Below, in pieces: positions 37,790-47,659 of a DNA stretch of 64,000 nucleotides. The stretch is taken from the NCBI GenBank assembly GCA_049287025.1, contig JBAQFA010000022.1, forward strand, positions 30,225-94,224, written 5' to 3'. The stretch's first letter is position 1; every line of letters starts with the position of its first letter. The notes beneath the pieces are model-generated. The model made no database searches, was not told the DNA's origin, and saw nothing but the letters and a program-made list of their open reading frames with translations. Position numbers and translations under genes: made by a program. This stretch comes from Candidatus Magasanikiibacteriota bacterium (GTDB lineage Bacteria > Patescibacteriota > Patescibacteriia > Magasanikbacterales > UBA922).

Positions 37790-38839
37790 TTATCTTTTTG
37801 ATTTTCTGGCAGATGGTAAGGCAACTTCTTTTAGAAGATTTTCATCTTCTAATAAAATACCAGTGCCTCTAACTACAGAAGTAAGAGGATCATCGGCAAT
37901 TCGTACGGGTATATCAGTCGCTTCGGAAATAATTCTATCAATTCCTTTTAACAGTGCTCCGCCACCAGTCAAAAGCAAACCTCTCTCATGGATATCGCCG
38001 GTCAATTCCGGAGGAGTTATTTCCAAAGTAGTTTTTACCAAATCAACAATTATATTCACCGATCGAGCCAAAGCTTCTCTAATATGTTCATCTGTCACCA
38101 TCACTTCTCTTGGTAAACCACTGACCACGTCTCGACCGCGCATGGGGAATTGAATATTTTCTCCAGTATCAATAGCTGTACCAATTTTTATTTTTATTTG
38201 TTCAGCATGACTTTCACCAATAAACAAATTAAATATTTCTTTGGCATATTGCATAATATTCCGATTCATTTCATCACCGGCGACTGGAGTGGAGCGCCAA
38301 TTGACTACGCCGTTCAAAGAAATAACTGCTACTTCGGTTGTACCTCCACCAATATCCACAATCATATTGCCGATTGGGTCTTGAATAGGCATGTGTGAAC
38401 CGATCGCGGCGGCCATTGGTTCTTGGACAATATAAACTTCTTTGGCGCCAGCCGAAATGGTAGCATCTTCTACAGCCTTGATTTCCACCTCAGTCACTTC
38501 TAGTGGTACACAAATTATTACTTTTGGTCTAGAAACAAGGGCAAATTTGTCATCATTTATTTTATCAATAAAATATTTTAACATTTTTTCCGTCACTTCA
38601 TAATCAGAAATAATCCCATGATTTAACGGCCGGGTGATCTCAATATGAGGTGGAGTTTTGCCCAGCATGTATTTGGCTTCATTGCCGACTGCCAAAATTT
38701 GTTCGGTTCTGGTATTAATAGCGACTACAGTTGGTTCATTGATTACAATGCCTTTTTCTTTAATAAAAACCAAAGTATTGGCTGTACCCAAATCAATGCC
38801 AATTTCTGTATTAAATTTTTTGAAAAGATTTTTAAACAT
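37790..38839 (-). CDS. mreB: rod shape-determining protein MreB
   Basis: actin-fold motifs GIDLGTANT, DIGGGTTE. Confidence 0.9.
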   Translation of the reverse strand: MFKNLFKKFNTEIGIDLGTANTLVFIKEKGIVINEPTVVAINTRTEQILAVGNEAKYMLGKTPPHIEITRPLNHGIISDYEVTEKMLKYFIDKINDDKFALVSRPKVIICVPLEVTEVEIKAVEDATISAGAKEVYIVQEPMAAAIGSHMPIQDPIGNMIVDIGGGTTEVAVISLNGVVNWRSTPVAGDEMNRNIMQYAKEIFNLFIGESHAEQIKIKIGTAIDTGENIQFPMRGRDVVSGLPREVMVTDEHIREALARSVNIIVDLVKTTLEITPPELTGDIHERGLLLTGGGALLKGIDRIISEATDIPVRIADDPLTSVVRGTGILLEDENLLKEVALPSARKSKR

Positions 38840-38879
38840 AAGTAATTTGAGATAAGTAGAGATAAATGGAGATATTGTT

Positions 38880-39458
38880 TTATGATTCTAAGTCATCACT
38901 ACCCCATTCTGGTGCCGGAGTATGTTTTCTCATAAAATCAAAATCAGTAACCAGTGGATCAATTGTCTCGAGTCTTAAATGGAGTGTTCTGGCAAAATTT
39001 TCTGAGGTATCTGGCTTTTTTTGATTAAATTGTAAAGCTAATTTAATTTTTTCTAAACATTTTTTTACTTCCCCAACAATAGGTCTTAATTTTTTTATTA
39101 GCCAAATTGATTCTTTTTGGTTCATCATCGTTTGTATTTCAGTCAAATAACGATTTACAACTCCTCGTATTTCATCACTGGCAGAAGTAAAAACCTCGCT
39201 CGTGGTTAATTCTATAATTAGTCCGTGTAATTCTAACGCTCTTTCTCTTGCTAATTTTTTCTGTTCTCTAGTTTTTTCTCCGGTTTCTAATCTTTTTTCT
39301 TCTCCTGCTAACGTCAAATCCGGACTGTCATCAACTCTAGGAGAGGTTTCAGCTAGAATGGATTTTTCCTCAGCATTAGTAGGTCTTTCAGTAGCAGTTC
39401 CAATTTTTGAAAATTGTCCTCTATATTTAGGATCGACTTCAAAACTTACTCTTATCAT
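38880..39458 (-). CDS. hypothetical protein
   Basis: ORF only. Confidence 0.45.
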   Translation of the reverse strand: MIRVSFEVDPKYRGQFSKIGTATERPTNAEEKSILAETSPRVDDSPDLTLAGEEKRLETGEKTREQKKLARERALELHGLIIELTTSEVFTSASDEIRGVVNRYLTEIQTMMNQKESIWLIKKLRPIVGEVKKCLEKIKLALQFNQKKPDTSENFARTLHLRLETIDPLVTDFDFMRKHTPAPEWGSDDLES

Positions 39459-39482
39459 AAATTAATATTTAGATGTTATTAT

Positions 39483-41147
39483 TTATACAATTTTCTCCAT
39501 TTTAATTTCTCCACTTTTTCTATCTTTTACCTCAATACTCCCCTGTTCCAAAGTTTTTGGACTAACAATATAACGCGTAGGAATACCAATCAAATCACTA
39601 TCAGCAAATTTTTCTCCAGCACGAAGATCACGATCATCATATAAAACTTCTTTACCTTCACTAATTAATTTATTATACAGCTCATCAACTTTTTTAACAC
39701 CCTCTTCGTCTTTGCAAAGTGAAATTAAATGAATTTGATAAGGAGCAACTGTCTCTGGCCAGATGATACCTTTGTCGTCATAAAATTTTTCTACAATAGT
39801 GGCCAGAGTTCTATCAACGCCAATCCCATAGCAACCCATATAGTAAGGTTTTTCTTTTCCTTCTTTATCTTTAAACGTGGCTTTCATGCGACTGCTGTAG
39901 TGTTCACCGAGTTGAAAAATATTTCCGACTTCAATACCGCGCCCCTCTTTTAGAATACTACCATTTTCACTTTCAAATCCGTCTTGAGCCATAGCAATAT
40001 CACCCTCAATATTAGGAGTAAAATCTCTATCAATATTTATATTTAATAAATCACCATATTTTTTATTGGCTCCACCATAAGCATTTTTTATTGTTCGTAA
40101 TGAATCATCAGCTACAATAAAAACTTTTTTATCAATATTAACTGGTGAAATAAAACCAGGTTCACTGCCAATCGCTCGAACTTCATCTTCACTAGCCATA
40201 CGAAGTTCATTAGCTTCTGTTATATGTTTTAATTTTGTCTCATTTACATCCAAATCACCACGAATAATGGCTAATATATATCTGCCCTTATCATCAATAA
40301 AAAGTACATCCTTAATCTGTTGCCATAGTGGTAAATGATGAAATTCAACTCCGTCTTCCATTGAATTACCACGCTTGGCTTCAACTTCTTGCAAATTTTT
40401 TTCTTCCTCATCAATATTTTTATTGGCTTTTTTAAATTTGGCCACATCTTCGTGAGCAGCATAGGTTCCATCTTCAGAAATAAGAAAACGACTTTCTCCA
40501 GAATCACATTCCACTACAAATTCATGACTGTATTCACCGCCAATATAGCCATTGTCTGCTTCTACTACCACTGTTTTTAAACCCATGCGTTCAAATATTC
40601 TAGTGTAGGTATGCCACATTTTTTCATATTCAATTTTAAAATCCTCTTCATTGGCGTGAAAAGAATAAGCATCTTTCATAAGAAATTCTCTAACTCTAAG
40701 CAGTCCGCCACGAACACGCAATTCATCTCTAAATTTTTGAGAGAATTGATAAATGTTGAAAGGTAAATCTTTATAACTCATATTATACTTTCGCACCAAA
40801 TCAACCATCATCTCTTCGGCTGTTCCACCAAGAGCAAAACTACTTCCATTTCTATCTTTTATGGTCATAAGTTCAAACCCGGCCGATTCTGTCCGGTTGG
40901 TTTCTTTCCACAATTCTAATGGATGTAAAACAGGTGTGATAATTTGCAGAGCACCAGCTTTATTCATTTCTTCTTCAATAATTTTTATAACCTTATCTCT
41001 TACGCGTATACCCAAAGGTAAAAAATAATAACGGCCAGCAGTTGATTCTCTGATAAATCCAGCTTGATACAGATATTTATGACTGATCATTTTAATATCA
41101 GAGGAAATTTCTTTTACTGTTTTCGTAAATAATTGTGATTGACGCAT
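39483..41147 (-). CDS. proS: prolyl-tRNA synthetase
   Basis: class II motifs. Confidence 0.9.
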   Translation of the reverse strand: MRQSQLFTKTVKEISSDIKMISHKYLYQAGFIRESTAGRYYFLPLGIRVRDKVIKIIEEEMNKAGALQIITPVLHPLELWKETNRTESAGFELMTIKDRNGSSFALGGTAEEMMVDLVRKYNMSYKDLPFNIYQFSQKFRDELRVRGGLLRVREFLMKDAYSFHANEEDFKIEYEKMWHTYTRIFERMGLKTVVVEADNGYIGGEYSHEFVVECDSGESRFLISEDGTYAAHEDVAKFKKANKNIDEEEKNLQEVEAKRGNSMEDGVEFHHLPLWQQIKDVLFIDDKGRYILAIIRGDLDVNETKLKHITEANELRMASEDEVRAIGSEPGFISPVNIDKKVFIVADDSLRTIKNAYGGANKKYGDLLNINIDRDFTPNIEGDIAMAQDGFESENGSILKEGRGIEVGNIFQLGEHYSSRMKATFKDKEGKEKPYYMGCYGIGVDRTLATIVEKFYDDKGIIWPETVAPYQIHLISLCKDEEGVKKVDELYNKLISEGKEVLYDDRDLRAGEKFADSDLIGIPTRYIVSPKTLEQGSIEVKDRKSGEIKMEKIV

Positions 41148-41156
41148 AAAAAATTT

Positions 41157-41564
41157 TTAAGAATTGAAATGTGGTTGATGATTATGATTATTTTTTGTAC
41201 TCCAAACAAAAGCTAGATATAAAATTAAGGCTCCTAGTAAAAGCAAAGCATTCCACCAACGTAAATAATTTATACCTTGTAAATAAAGTAAAACAATTAT
41301 TAATCCAGAAAAAAATACAGAATCTTTAAAACTTTTTTGGACATAACGGAACATAGGTAACTGCTCTTTTGAAAAGAATCTTCTGATCATAAAAGCAAAA
41401 ATTGAAATAGTTCCAAGTAAAGCCAAAAATAAACTAATATAAAAAAAACTAAATCCTAGACCAGTGTCTTGGAATGGATCAATGTTAATAACTACTATCC
41501 ACCAGGCTGCCCAGCACAGGATAGAGCCTAAAATCATTACTGTAAAGTATTGTTTGAGTGTCAT
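41157..41564 (-). CDS. membrane protein
   Basis: 4 TM ORF. Confidence 0.4.
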   Translation of the reverse strand: MTLKQYFTVMILGSILCWAAWWIVVINIDPFQDTGLGFSFFYISLFLALLGTISIFAFMIRRFFSKEQLPMFRYVQKSFKDSVFFSGLIIVLLYLQGINYLRWWNALLLLGALILYLAFVWSTKNNHNHQPHFNS

Positions 41565-41571
41565 AGAAACC

Positions 41572-41696
41572 GTTCATCCCGAGTGATCCGCCCAGGGCGG
41601 AGACGAGGGATCTTTCCTATCTAGAATTTTAGTTGAAAAAAAGATTCACCCTTCGGGTATCTTCGACCTCACCCCTATCGGGGATTCGGAATGAAG
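41572..41696. repeat. palindromic intergenic element family A copy
   Basis: arms cgttcatcccgag...cgagggatctttcc / ...ggggattcggaatgaag. Confidence 0.6.
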
Positions 41697-41762
41697 TTAA
41701 AAAAAAGCCTTTTATAGCTATTATATTGTAGTATATTTAGATATTTTTATCAATAGGGGTGA

Positions 41763-42023
41763 TTATAACAAATACCTGATCCTATCCACCTCTTTTTTGC
41801 CTAATTTTAGATTAATTTTTTTAACAATTTCTTCTTGATTTTCTCGGACTTGCTGGGCAATTTCGGAATTAGAACAAGAAACTGTTAATGTCCGGTTTTT
41901 TAAAAAAAGTGGATTAATTTTTTCCGCAATTTCAGATTTAAAAATACTAACAAGACATTCTTTGACATGGGCAATGAATTCATCATCTTTTTGCAGTTTG
42001 TTTGTTTGGCTTTGTGATTCCAT
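41763..42023 (-). CDS. DUF721/DciA-like small protein
   Basis: pattern resembles DUF721. Confidence 0.4.
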   Translation of the reverse strand: MESQSQTNKLQKDDEFIAHVKECLVSIFKSEIAEKINPLFLKNRTLTVSCSNSEIAQQVRENQEEIVKKINLKLGKKEVDRIRYLL

Positions 42024-42027
42024 ATAA

Positions 42028-42534
42028 CTAAACTCTATATAATCTTATATTACCACATATTCTCTCTGGTTGCCAATCTGGGAAGCTAAAACCATAGGAA
42101 ATTACTCTGGCGCCAGGTTTCATTTCTTTGATTATTTTAGTTTTTAATTTTTCCATTTTTGATTGAATAAAATATAACATGATCACATCAGTCTGTTTTA
42201 AATCGGTTTTCCACAAATCTTCTCTCAAAATTGTAATATTTTTGATTTTTCTTAATTTTATTTTACTCCACCAATAAAGAAATGGGTTTATTTCAATGCC
42301 AATGCACTTTTTGCATTTAGGTGAGGCAATTTTCAAAAAACGACCGTCACCAGATCCCAAATCCATTAAAATATCACTGTCTTTTAAATTAGTTAGCTCT
42401 AGCATTTCTTTTACATGTTTTTTTGTAGTGGGAACAAAAGGAGCGCCCAAAATAAAAGCATAAATAAAATAAACACTAAATATAAAAAAGAATAAGTAAA
42501 ACAGAATAACGGCAAAGTATGCTATAAATATCAT
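42028..42534 (-). CDS. small class I SAM-dependent methyltransferase with N-terminal TM
   Basis: DLGSGDGRF motif I. Confidence 0.55.
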   Translation of the reverse strand: MIFIAYFAVILFYLFFFIFSVYFIYAFILGAPFVPTTKKHVKEMLELTNLKDSDILMDLGSGDGRFLKIASPKCKKCIGIEINPFLYWWSKIKLRKIKNITILREDLWKTDLKQTDVIMLYFIQSKMEKLKTKIIKEMKPGARVISYGFSFPDWQPERICGNIRLYRV

Positions 42535-42555
42535 ATGAGGGTTTTAATTTTTTTA

Positions 42556-42690
42556 ATCCCGAATCCTCCGATGAGGGATCCCTTTCCCATGCATTTAACA
42601 AGGGTATTATATATTAATATTGTAAGAAACTTGAAAAGGGATTTCCTCTTGGAGGATTTTCAACCTCATCCTAAAGAATTCGGAATTCAC
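42556..42690. repeat. palindromic element family A copy; 3' arm encodes helicase C-terminus and stop
   Basis: atcccgaatcctccgatgagggatccctttcc ... gaaaagggatttcctc...gaattcggaattcac; helicase ends EFRIL-TAG inside arm. Confidence 0.6.
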
Positions 42691-45600
42691 AAATTTCCTT
42701 AAAATCACAATACTGACAAACATGTTTATTTGGGGTAGCAATAAAATTATTGGTTTTAATTTGGTTGATTGTTTTAAGAATTTTTTCTTGTAATTTTTCC
42801 AAATCTTTATCTTCACCAATAAAAGAGGTTTTTAAATTATCATTAACATAATAAAAAGTCAGCTGGCCAACTGGACCAATGTTCCGATATTCAGGAAGAG
42901 TTTGAGCCGCAATTTGATAAATCAATAGTTGTTGTTTGTCTTCTGTTGTGAGAGTCTCTTTGGCTTTGCCAGTTTTATAGTCAATAATTTCTAAACTACC
43001 GTCCGCTACCTTGTCTATTCTATCAATTCTACCATGGACAATGTAATCCCCGACTTTAACCTTAAACCAACCCTCTAGAGATACTGGGATAGTCCAATTA
43101 TTTTGTTGGGAAGAATAAAAGATTTTCAAAATTTCTTTGCCTTTGGCAAAATATTTTTCTCGTTGTTCACGGCTATTGTACCAGTCTGGTGCCCAATTTT
43201 TTTCATACATTTGTAATAATTCATCTTGACTGGGTACTTTAATTTCTCCTGTATCTGGTTTTGTTTCTACAGGCAAACCAAACAACGAAGCTTGTTTTAC
43301 ACTATTCAACTCTTGAATTTTGGTATAAAAATCTTGCAGAGTATTATGGATGGTATTACCAAAACTAAAACTCGCACTGCCTTTCATGGGAATTTTTAAA
43401 ACATGGGCAAGTTTGTATTGATAAGGACAGCGTTCATAAGAACTGATTTGAGAAAAGGAAAATTTGTTAGGTGTTTCATAAATTAACTCCTCGCCTACCA
43501 GAGGAGGTTTAGGAGAGGTCATTTTTAAATCCAAAATTTGTTTTTTATCCAGGCCCCCTCCAACTCCCCCTTGTAGGGGGAGAGCTTCAGACAGTTCTGT
43601 TAAAAACCGACTAATTTTCTTTTTGCGTGTTCCACCATAATCCTCAGCGCTAGTTAAAAATAGTTTTTCTTTGGCTCTGGTACATGCTACATAAAATAAA
43701 CGTCTCTCCTCTTCATAATGAAAATCACTATTGGGTAAATTATCTTTGACTAGTTCATCAGGCAATTCCAAATTACCACCCTTTTTTCTAGTTGGGAATC
43801 TTTCTTCTACCAGATTTACCACAAAAACATATTTATATTCCAAACCTTTGGCGCCGTGAACGGTAATAATGTTCACTGAATCTGGTGTGTCTTCGGGTTG
43901 GTAAATTTTTCCACCATCACCCGAATCAATAATATTATTAAAATGTTCGACAAATTCAAGTACCTTACAATCAGGCGTGATTTGTTCAAATGTTTTTATT
44001 AAATCAAGAAGTTGTCTTAGATAATTAATTTGTCGAATAATTTCTCTATCACCATTATTTTCACCATGAGTCAGATAAGTTAGATAATCACTATTTTCTA
44101 AAAAATTATACAACACAGCAGTTGGCCTGTCATAACGCGCTTGCTTCATACCACTGTGAATTGTTTCCAAAATTTTACTAGCAATTTTTTGTCCGCCAGT
44201 AGAAATATCAAACTCTGATCCTCGCTTCAAAACTTCGTAATAACTAATAGATTTTTGTTTGGCTCTGGCGGTAATTTTTTGCATGTCATTTTCATCTATT
44301 GCCCAGGCTGGCATACGTAAAAGTCGGTACATGGCTCTATCATCATAAACATGGGTTAATAATTGAAAAAAAGCCAGGCAATTTAGCACAATTGGCTGTC
44401 TATATAGGCCAGATGAGGCCAAATACTCGTAAGGAATACTAGCCTGCTCTAAAGCCTGAATAAAGGGCTCTACGTGCGAATTAGCCCGGACTAAAATAGC
44501 AAAATCATCCCAAGACATTGATTCCACAGATTTGGATTTGATTTCACTGATTTTTTTTATTACAGCTTGGACTTCATCATCCAAAGTCTGACAATGAATG
44601 TGTTCTATTACGTTATTCTGAGGAGTCGAAGACGACGAAGAATCCCGTTGTTTATTGCTTGAACCACGGGATCCTTCGCTCCGCTCAGGATTATGCAATT
44701 TCTTGTCTATCTTTAATTTTACTTCCAGACGATCAGGATTATTATTTTGAATACTTTTATAACTTAGATCCAAAATTTCTTGAGCAGAACGATAATTTTC
44801 ATTCAAAACAATTTCTTTAGCATTTTTAAAATCTTCTTTAAAATGCATAATCACAGAAACGTTTGATCCGCGGAAACTGTAGATACTTTGATCATCATCC
44901 CCTACTACGGTTAGCTGACAATTCTGAGGCAAAGCCGAAGAATCCCGGTGTTTGTCGCTTGAACTACGGGATCCTTCGCTTTGTTCAGGATTAAGAGCCA
45001 ATAATTTAATTAATTGATACTGTGACCAATTCACATCTTGGAATTCATCTACTAAAATGTAAGTAAATCTTTCTTGCAAGGCTTTGAGAATATTTGGTCG
45101 ATCTTTTAATAATTTGACTGTATAAAAAATTAAATCGCCAAAATCCAAGTACCCGTTGTCCAAAAGTAATTGATTATAAGTATGGTAAGCGTTAGCTAGT
45201 TCGGTTTGGCGATTTTTTTCTTGAATGTTGGCTTCGTCTTTATCCATTTTTACATTTTCTACATATTCCAAATATTCAGTTGTAGAAACTAATTCATCTT
45301 TGGCTTTGGAAAAATGATTCAAAAGCGAATGAATCATAGACATGGGACTACCTAGTGGTCGATAATAATCTAGATTGAAATCATATAAATGTTTTTTTAC
45401 CAAGAGCCAAGCGTCAGTGTCAGTCATAAGTTTGAAACGCGCTGGCAAACCAATTTCCAAACCATATTCTTCAAGAATTTTTTGACAAAAAGCATGAAAA
45501 GTAGAAATTTGTAAATCGGTATAACCAATATCCAAAATATCATCTACTCTTTCTACCATTTCGCCAGCTGCCTTCTCGGTAAAAGTGAGAGCCAAAATAT

Positions 45601-45748
45601 TTTCTGGTTTGGCTAATTTTTGTTCAACTAAATAAGCAATCTTTTGCGTGATTACTGTGGTTTTGCCTGTACCAGCACCCGCTACTATCAATAGTGGTCC
45701 GGATGTGTGTTCTATGGCTTGTTTTTGTTGTTGGTTCAGATTGTACAT
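42671..45748 (-). CDS. UvrD/PcrA-like helicase fused to C-terminal PD-(D/E)XK (Cas4/AddB-type) nuclease
   Basis: AGAGTGKT Walker A; C-terminal Cys cluster C..CQYCDFKEIC; three in-frame repeat insertions. Confidence 0.8.
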   Translation of the reverse strand: MYNLNQQQKQAIEHTSGPLLIVAGAGTGKTTVITQKIAYLVEQKLAKPENILALTFTEKAAGEMVERVDDILDIGYTDLQISTFHAFCQKILEEYGLEIGLPARFKLMTDTDAWLLVKKHLYDFNLDYYRPLGSPMSMIHSLLNHFSKAKDELVSTTEYLEYVENVKMDKDEANIQEKNRQTELANAYHTYNQLLLDNGYLDFGDLIFYTVKLLKDRPNILKALQERFTYILVDEFQDVNWSQYQLIKLLALNPEQSEGSRSSSDKHRDSSALPQNCQLTVVGDDDQSIYSFRGSNVSVIMHFKEDFKNAKEIVLNENYRSAQEILDLSYKSIQNNNPDRLEVKLKIDKKLHNPERSEGSRGSSNKQRDSSSSSTPQNNVIEHIHCQTLDDEVQAVIKKISEIKSKSVESMSWDDFAILVRANSHVEPFIQALEQASIPYEYLASSGLYRQPIVLNCLAFFQLLTHVYDDRAMYRLLRMPAWAIDENDMQKITARAKQKSISYYEVLKRGSEFDISTGGQKIASKILETIHSGMKQARYDRPTAVLYNFLENSDYLTYLTHGENNGDREIIRQINYLRQLLDLIKTFEQITPDCKVLEFVEHFNNIIDSGDGGKIYQPEDTPDSVNIITVHGAKGLEYKYVFVVNLVEERFPTRKKGGNLELPDELVKDNLPNSDFHYEEERRLFYVACTRAKEKLFLTSAEDYGGTRKKKISRFLTELSEALPLQGGVGGGLDKKQILDLKMTSPKPPLVGEELIYETPNKFSFSQISSYERCPYQYKLAHVLKIPMKGSASFSFGNTIHNTLQDFYTKIQELNSVKQASLFGLPVETKPDTGEIKVPSQDELLQMYEKNWAPDWYNSREQREKYFAKGKEILKIFYSSQQNNWTIPVSLEGWFKVKVGDYIVHGRIDRIDKVADGSLEIIDYKTGKAKETLTTEDKQQLLIYQIAAQTLPEYRNIGPVGQLTFYYVNDNLKTSFIGEDKDLEKLQEKILKTINQIKTNNFIATPNKHVCQYCDFKEICEFRIL
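43565..43584. repeat. family B GC palindrome inserted in-frame in helicase
   Basis: ctcccccttgtagggggagag encodes LQGGVGG. Confidence 0.55.
44618..44696. repeat. compact family A element inserted in-frame in helicase
   Basis: tctgaggagtcgaagacgacgaagaatcccg ... gggatccttcgctccgctcaggat. Confidence 0.6.
44921..45000. repeat. second compact family A element in-frame in helicase
   Basis: ttctgaggcaaagccgaagaatcccgg ... gggatccttcgctttgttcaggat. Confidence 0.6.
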
Positions 45749-45753
45749 AATGT

Positions 45754-46524
45754 TTATACTCTATGTCCTAATGTTATCTGTGGAGCATTTATATTTTTTT
45801 CGATGTATACTATTGTCTTCATAATAGACCACCAACTACCATAAATATAGTTATCAGCATTTTCATATGTCCAACTATTAATCATTCCAACAAATTGATC
45901 ATCTATTTCTTCGTAGTCGGTCTGGTATTTTTCTTGTGATGATAGTAAACAGTATTTTTTGGTCAATGGTAGGTGTGCACCATCAGCAGGATTATCACAT
46001 GAAATGAAGTTGTCTCCATTAGAAATAAAAATCTTAAAGTTACTATTATACATTACATGCATGTGCACATCCATTAATGCAAACATACCAATTAGTCCCC
46101 CTTTTTTTATGTCTTTTTCTTTAAAACTATTTTCATTTATATTGTATTTATCTTGAAAATCATGGAGTTCCTGTGACATTCTTGTTGTATTTTTTATCTG
46201 TTTAGGTACACGTGAATATAGACTAGAATAGATACTTATAACTAATCCTTTAATTTTTTCAATTGGAGAACGATCCTCTATCATTTTAATAAGATTATTA
46301 TATAAATAATCTATTTTAGCAAAAAATTCGTCTTCAATTAAAGTTATGTTTGTCCCATTAATATTTTTGTAGCTGTAAAGATGTTTTTCTAGAGCATTAT
46401 CTTTAATGGATATTTCCGTCATTATTTTTAAATTTTTGTCAAATCTCCAAATAAAAATTTTATTAGGATCACTGGTAAAATGTTTTTGTATAACTTCAGG
46501 GATAAAATGGTGTCTTTTTTTCAT
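45754..46524 (-). CDS. hypothetical protein (DUF4238-like N-terminal HHFIP motif)
   Basis: KRHHFIPEVIQKHF resembles DUF4238 N-terminus; 5 bp upstream of helicase. Confidence 0.4.
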   Translation of the reverse strand: MKKRHHFIPEVIQKHFTSDPNKIFIWRFDKNLKIMTEISIKDNALEKHLYSYKNINGTNITLIEDEFFAKIDYLYNNLIKMIEDRSPIEKIKGLVISIYSSLYSRVPKQIKNTTRMSQELHDFQDKYNINENSFKEKDIKKGGLIGMFALMDVHMHVMYNSNFKIFISNGDNFISCDNPADGAHLPLTKKYCLLSSQEKYQTDYEEIDDQFVGMINSWTYENADNYIYGSWWSIMKTIVYIEKNINAPQITLGHRV

Positions 46525-46653
46525 TTAATATGTTTATTATTTCAAAGCAAACTTAATATATAGTATTTACACGATTAGGGAAAGAAAATTTATAATTCCT
46601 TTTTCATTTCAATAGTATTCCCATGATCTTTGGAGTGAACTATTTTAATTTTT

Positions 46654-47154
46654 TTAATTCCAATTTTTCCACTCAAAGCGTAAAATACTATAGATATAAT
46701 CATCCCAAAGTTTTCCATCTAATTCATGGTGTTCGCGCAACACTCCATCGCGGTGAAAGCCTAGATCTTTCAATATTTTCACCGATGGCTTGTTAAAAGA
46801 ACTAGTTTGACAATACAATTTATTAAAATCAAAATTTTTGAACAAATGATTAACGCAGTACCTTAACATTGTTTCACCATATCCTTGCCCTCTGTATTTT
46901 GGGTTAATTGTATAACCACATTCACATGATTTGTTGCGTTTATTTATACTAAAATAATTAAATTTTCCAATAGGTTCTTTTATGTTTTCTATAAAAAATG
47001 AAAATGTCAAAACTTGAGGATCAGCAAAAGCTTTTCCCTCTCTAATTTCACGACAAGTTATTTCTTCCATTCTGCCTTCCTGTTGCCATTTTTTGAATAG
47101 TTCTTTTTGTTTTTCTGTAGAGCGTTTAAGTTTCATATATAATAAGAACCACAA
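46654..47154 (-). CDS. GNAT N-acetyltransferase (RimJ/RimL-like)
   Basis: YRGQGYGETMLRYCVNHLF acetyl-CoA motif. Confidence 0.7.
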   Translation of the reverse strand: MWFLLYMKLKRSTEKQKELFKKWQQEGRMEEITCREIREGKAFADPQVLTFSFFIENIKEPIGKFNYFSINKRNKSCECGYTINPKYRGQGYGETMLRYCVNHLFKNFDFNKLYCQTSSFNKPSVKILKDLGFHRDGVLREHHELDGKLWDDYIYSILRFEWKNWN

Positions 47155-47197
47155 GGCCTTTAATATTTTTGTATTTTAGCACTATTTTGCAAAAAAG

Positions 47198-47225
47198 AAA
47201 ACGGGCTTTTACAGAGCTCCGTTTT
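47198..47225. terminator. hairpin aaaacgg...ccgtttt with T-run on minus strand
   Basis: 7-bp stem. Confidence 0.45.
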
Positions 47226-47398
47226 CTCGTAAGTTTTTATCTCGACAATGGTTAGCAACCGCATGCTCCACCGTCAAGCTTACTGTTGATCCTTTTGTTT
47301 CCCATAGGTAAAATATTAATAATTAATCCTCCTATATCTATATAATACATATTTAGTATGATATGTGTCAAGAGGTGGATAACTAAGTATAAAAAAAC

Positions 47399-47420
47399 CA
47401 GCTTTTTCAAGCTGATTTTT
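47399..47420. terminator. bidirectional terminator A7-cagctttttcaagctg-T6
   Basis: follows stop of Cys-rich gene. Confidence 0.6.
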
Positions 47421-47425
47421 TGGTC

Positions 47426-47659
47426 TTACTCTTTATCATCTTCATTTTCGTCTAGATCCCCACTCTCTAGTTCTTCGTCTGTTTCGCTTTCATAGCATTC
47501 ACAACAATCACCACAACCGCCACATTTGGGGCAAAGTTCGTCCTCGCTAAAGGGCATATCACATTTACGACATTCCATAATGTAATTAATTAGATAAGGT
47601 GTCACGCTAGGGACATGACAGGATATACAATTAAAATTTATTGGCAATTGCAACCACAA
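47426..47659 (-). CDS. cysteine-rich small protein (CxxC x4, acidic tail); internal ATG gives 50-aa MECRKC... form
   Basis: 11 Cys incl. CGGCGDCCEC. Confidence 0.4.
   Translation of the reverse strand: MWLQLPINFNCISCHVPSVTPYLINYIMECRKCDMPFSEDELCPKCGGCGDCCECYESETDEELESGDLDENEDDKE

Noticed and set aside
42607-42819. 70-aa minus-strand ORF overlapping the helicase 3' end
   Set aside because: It runs through the family A repeat and overlaps the helicase in another frame, so it is spurious.
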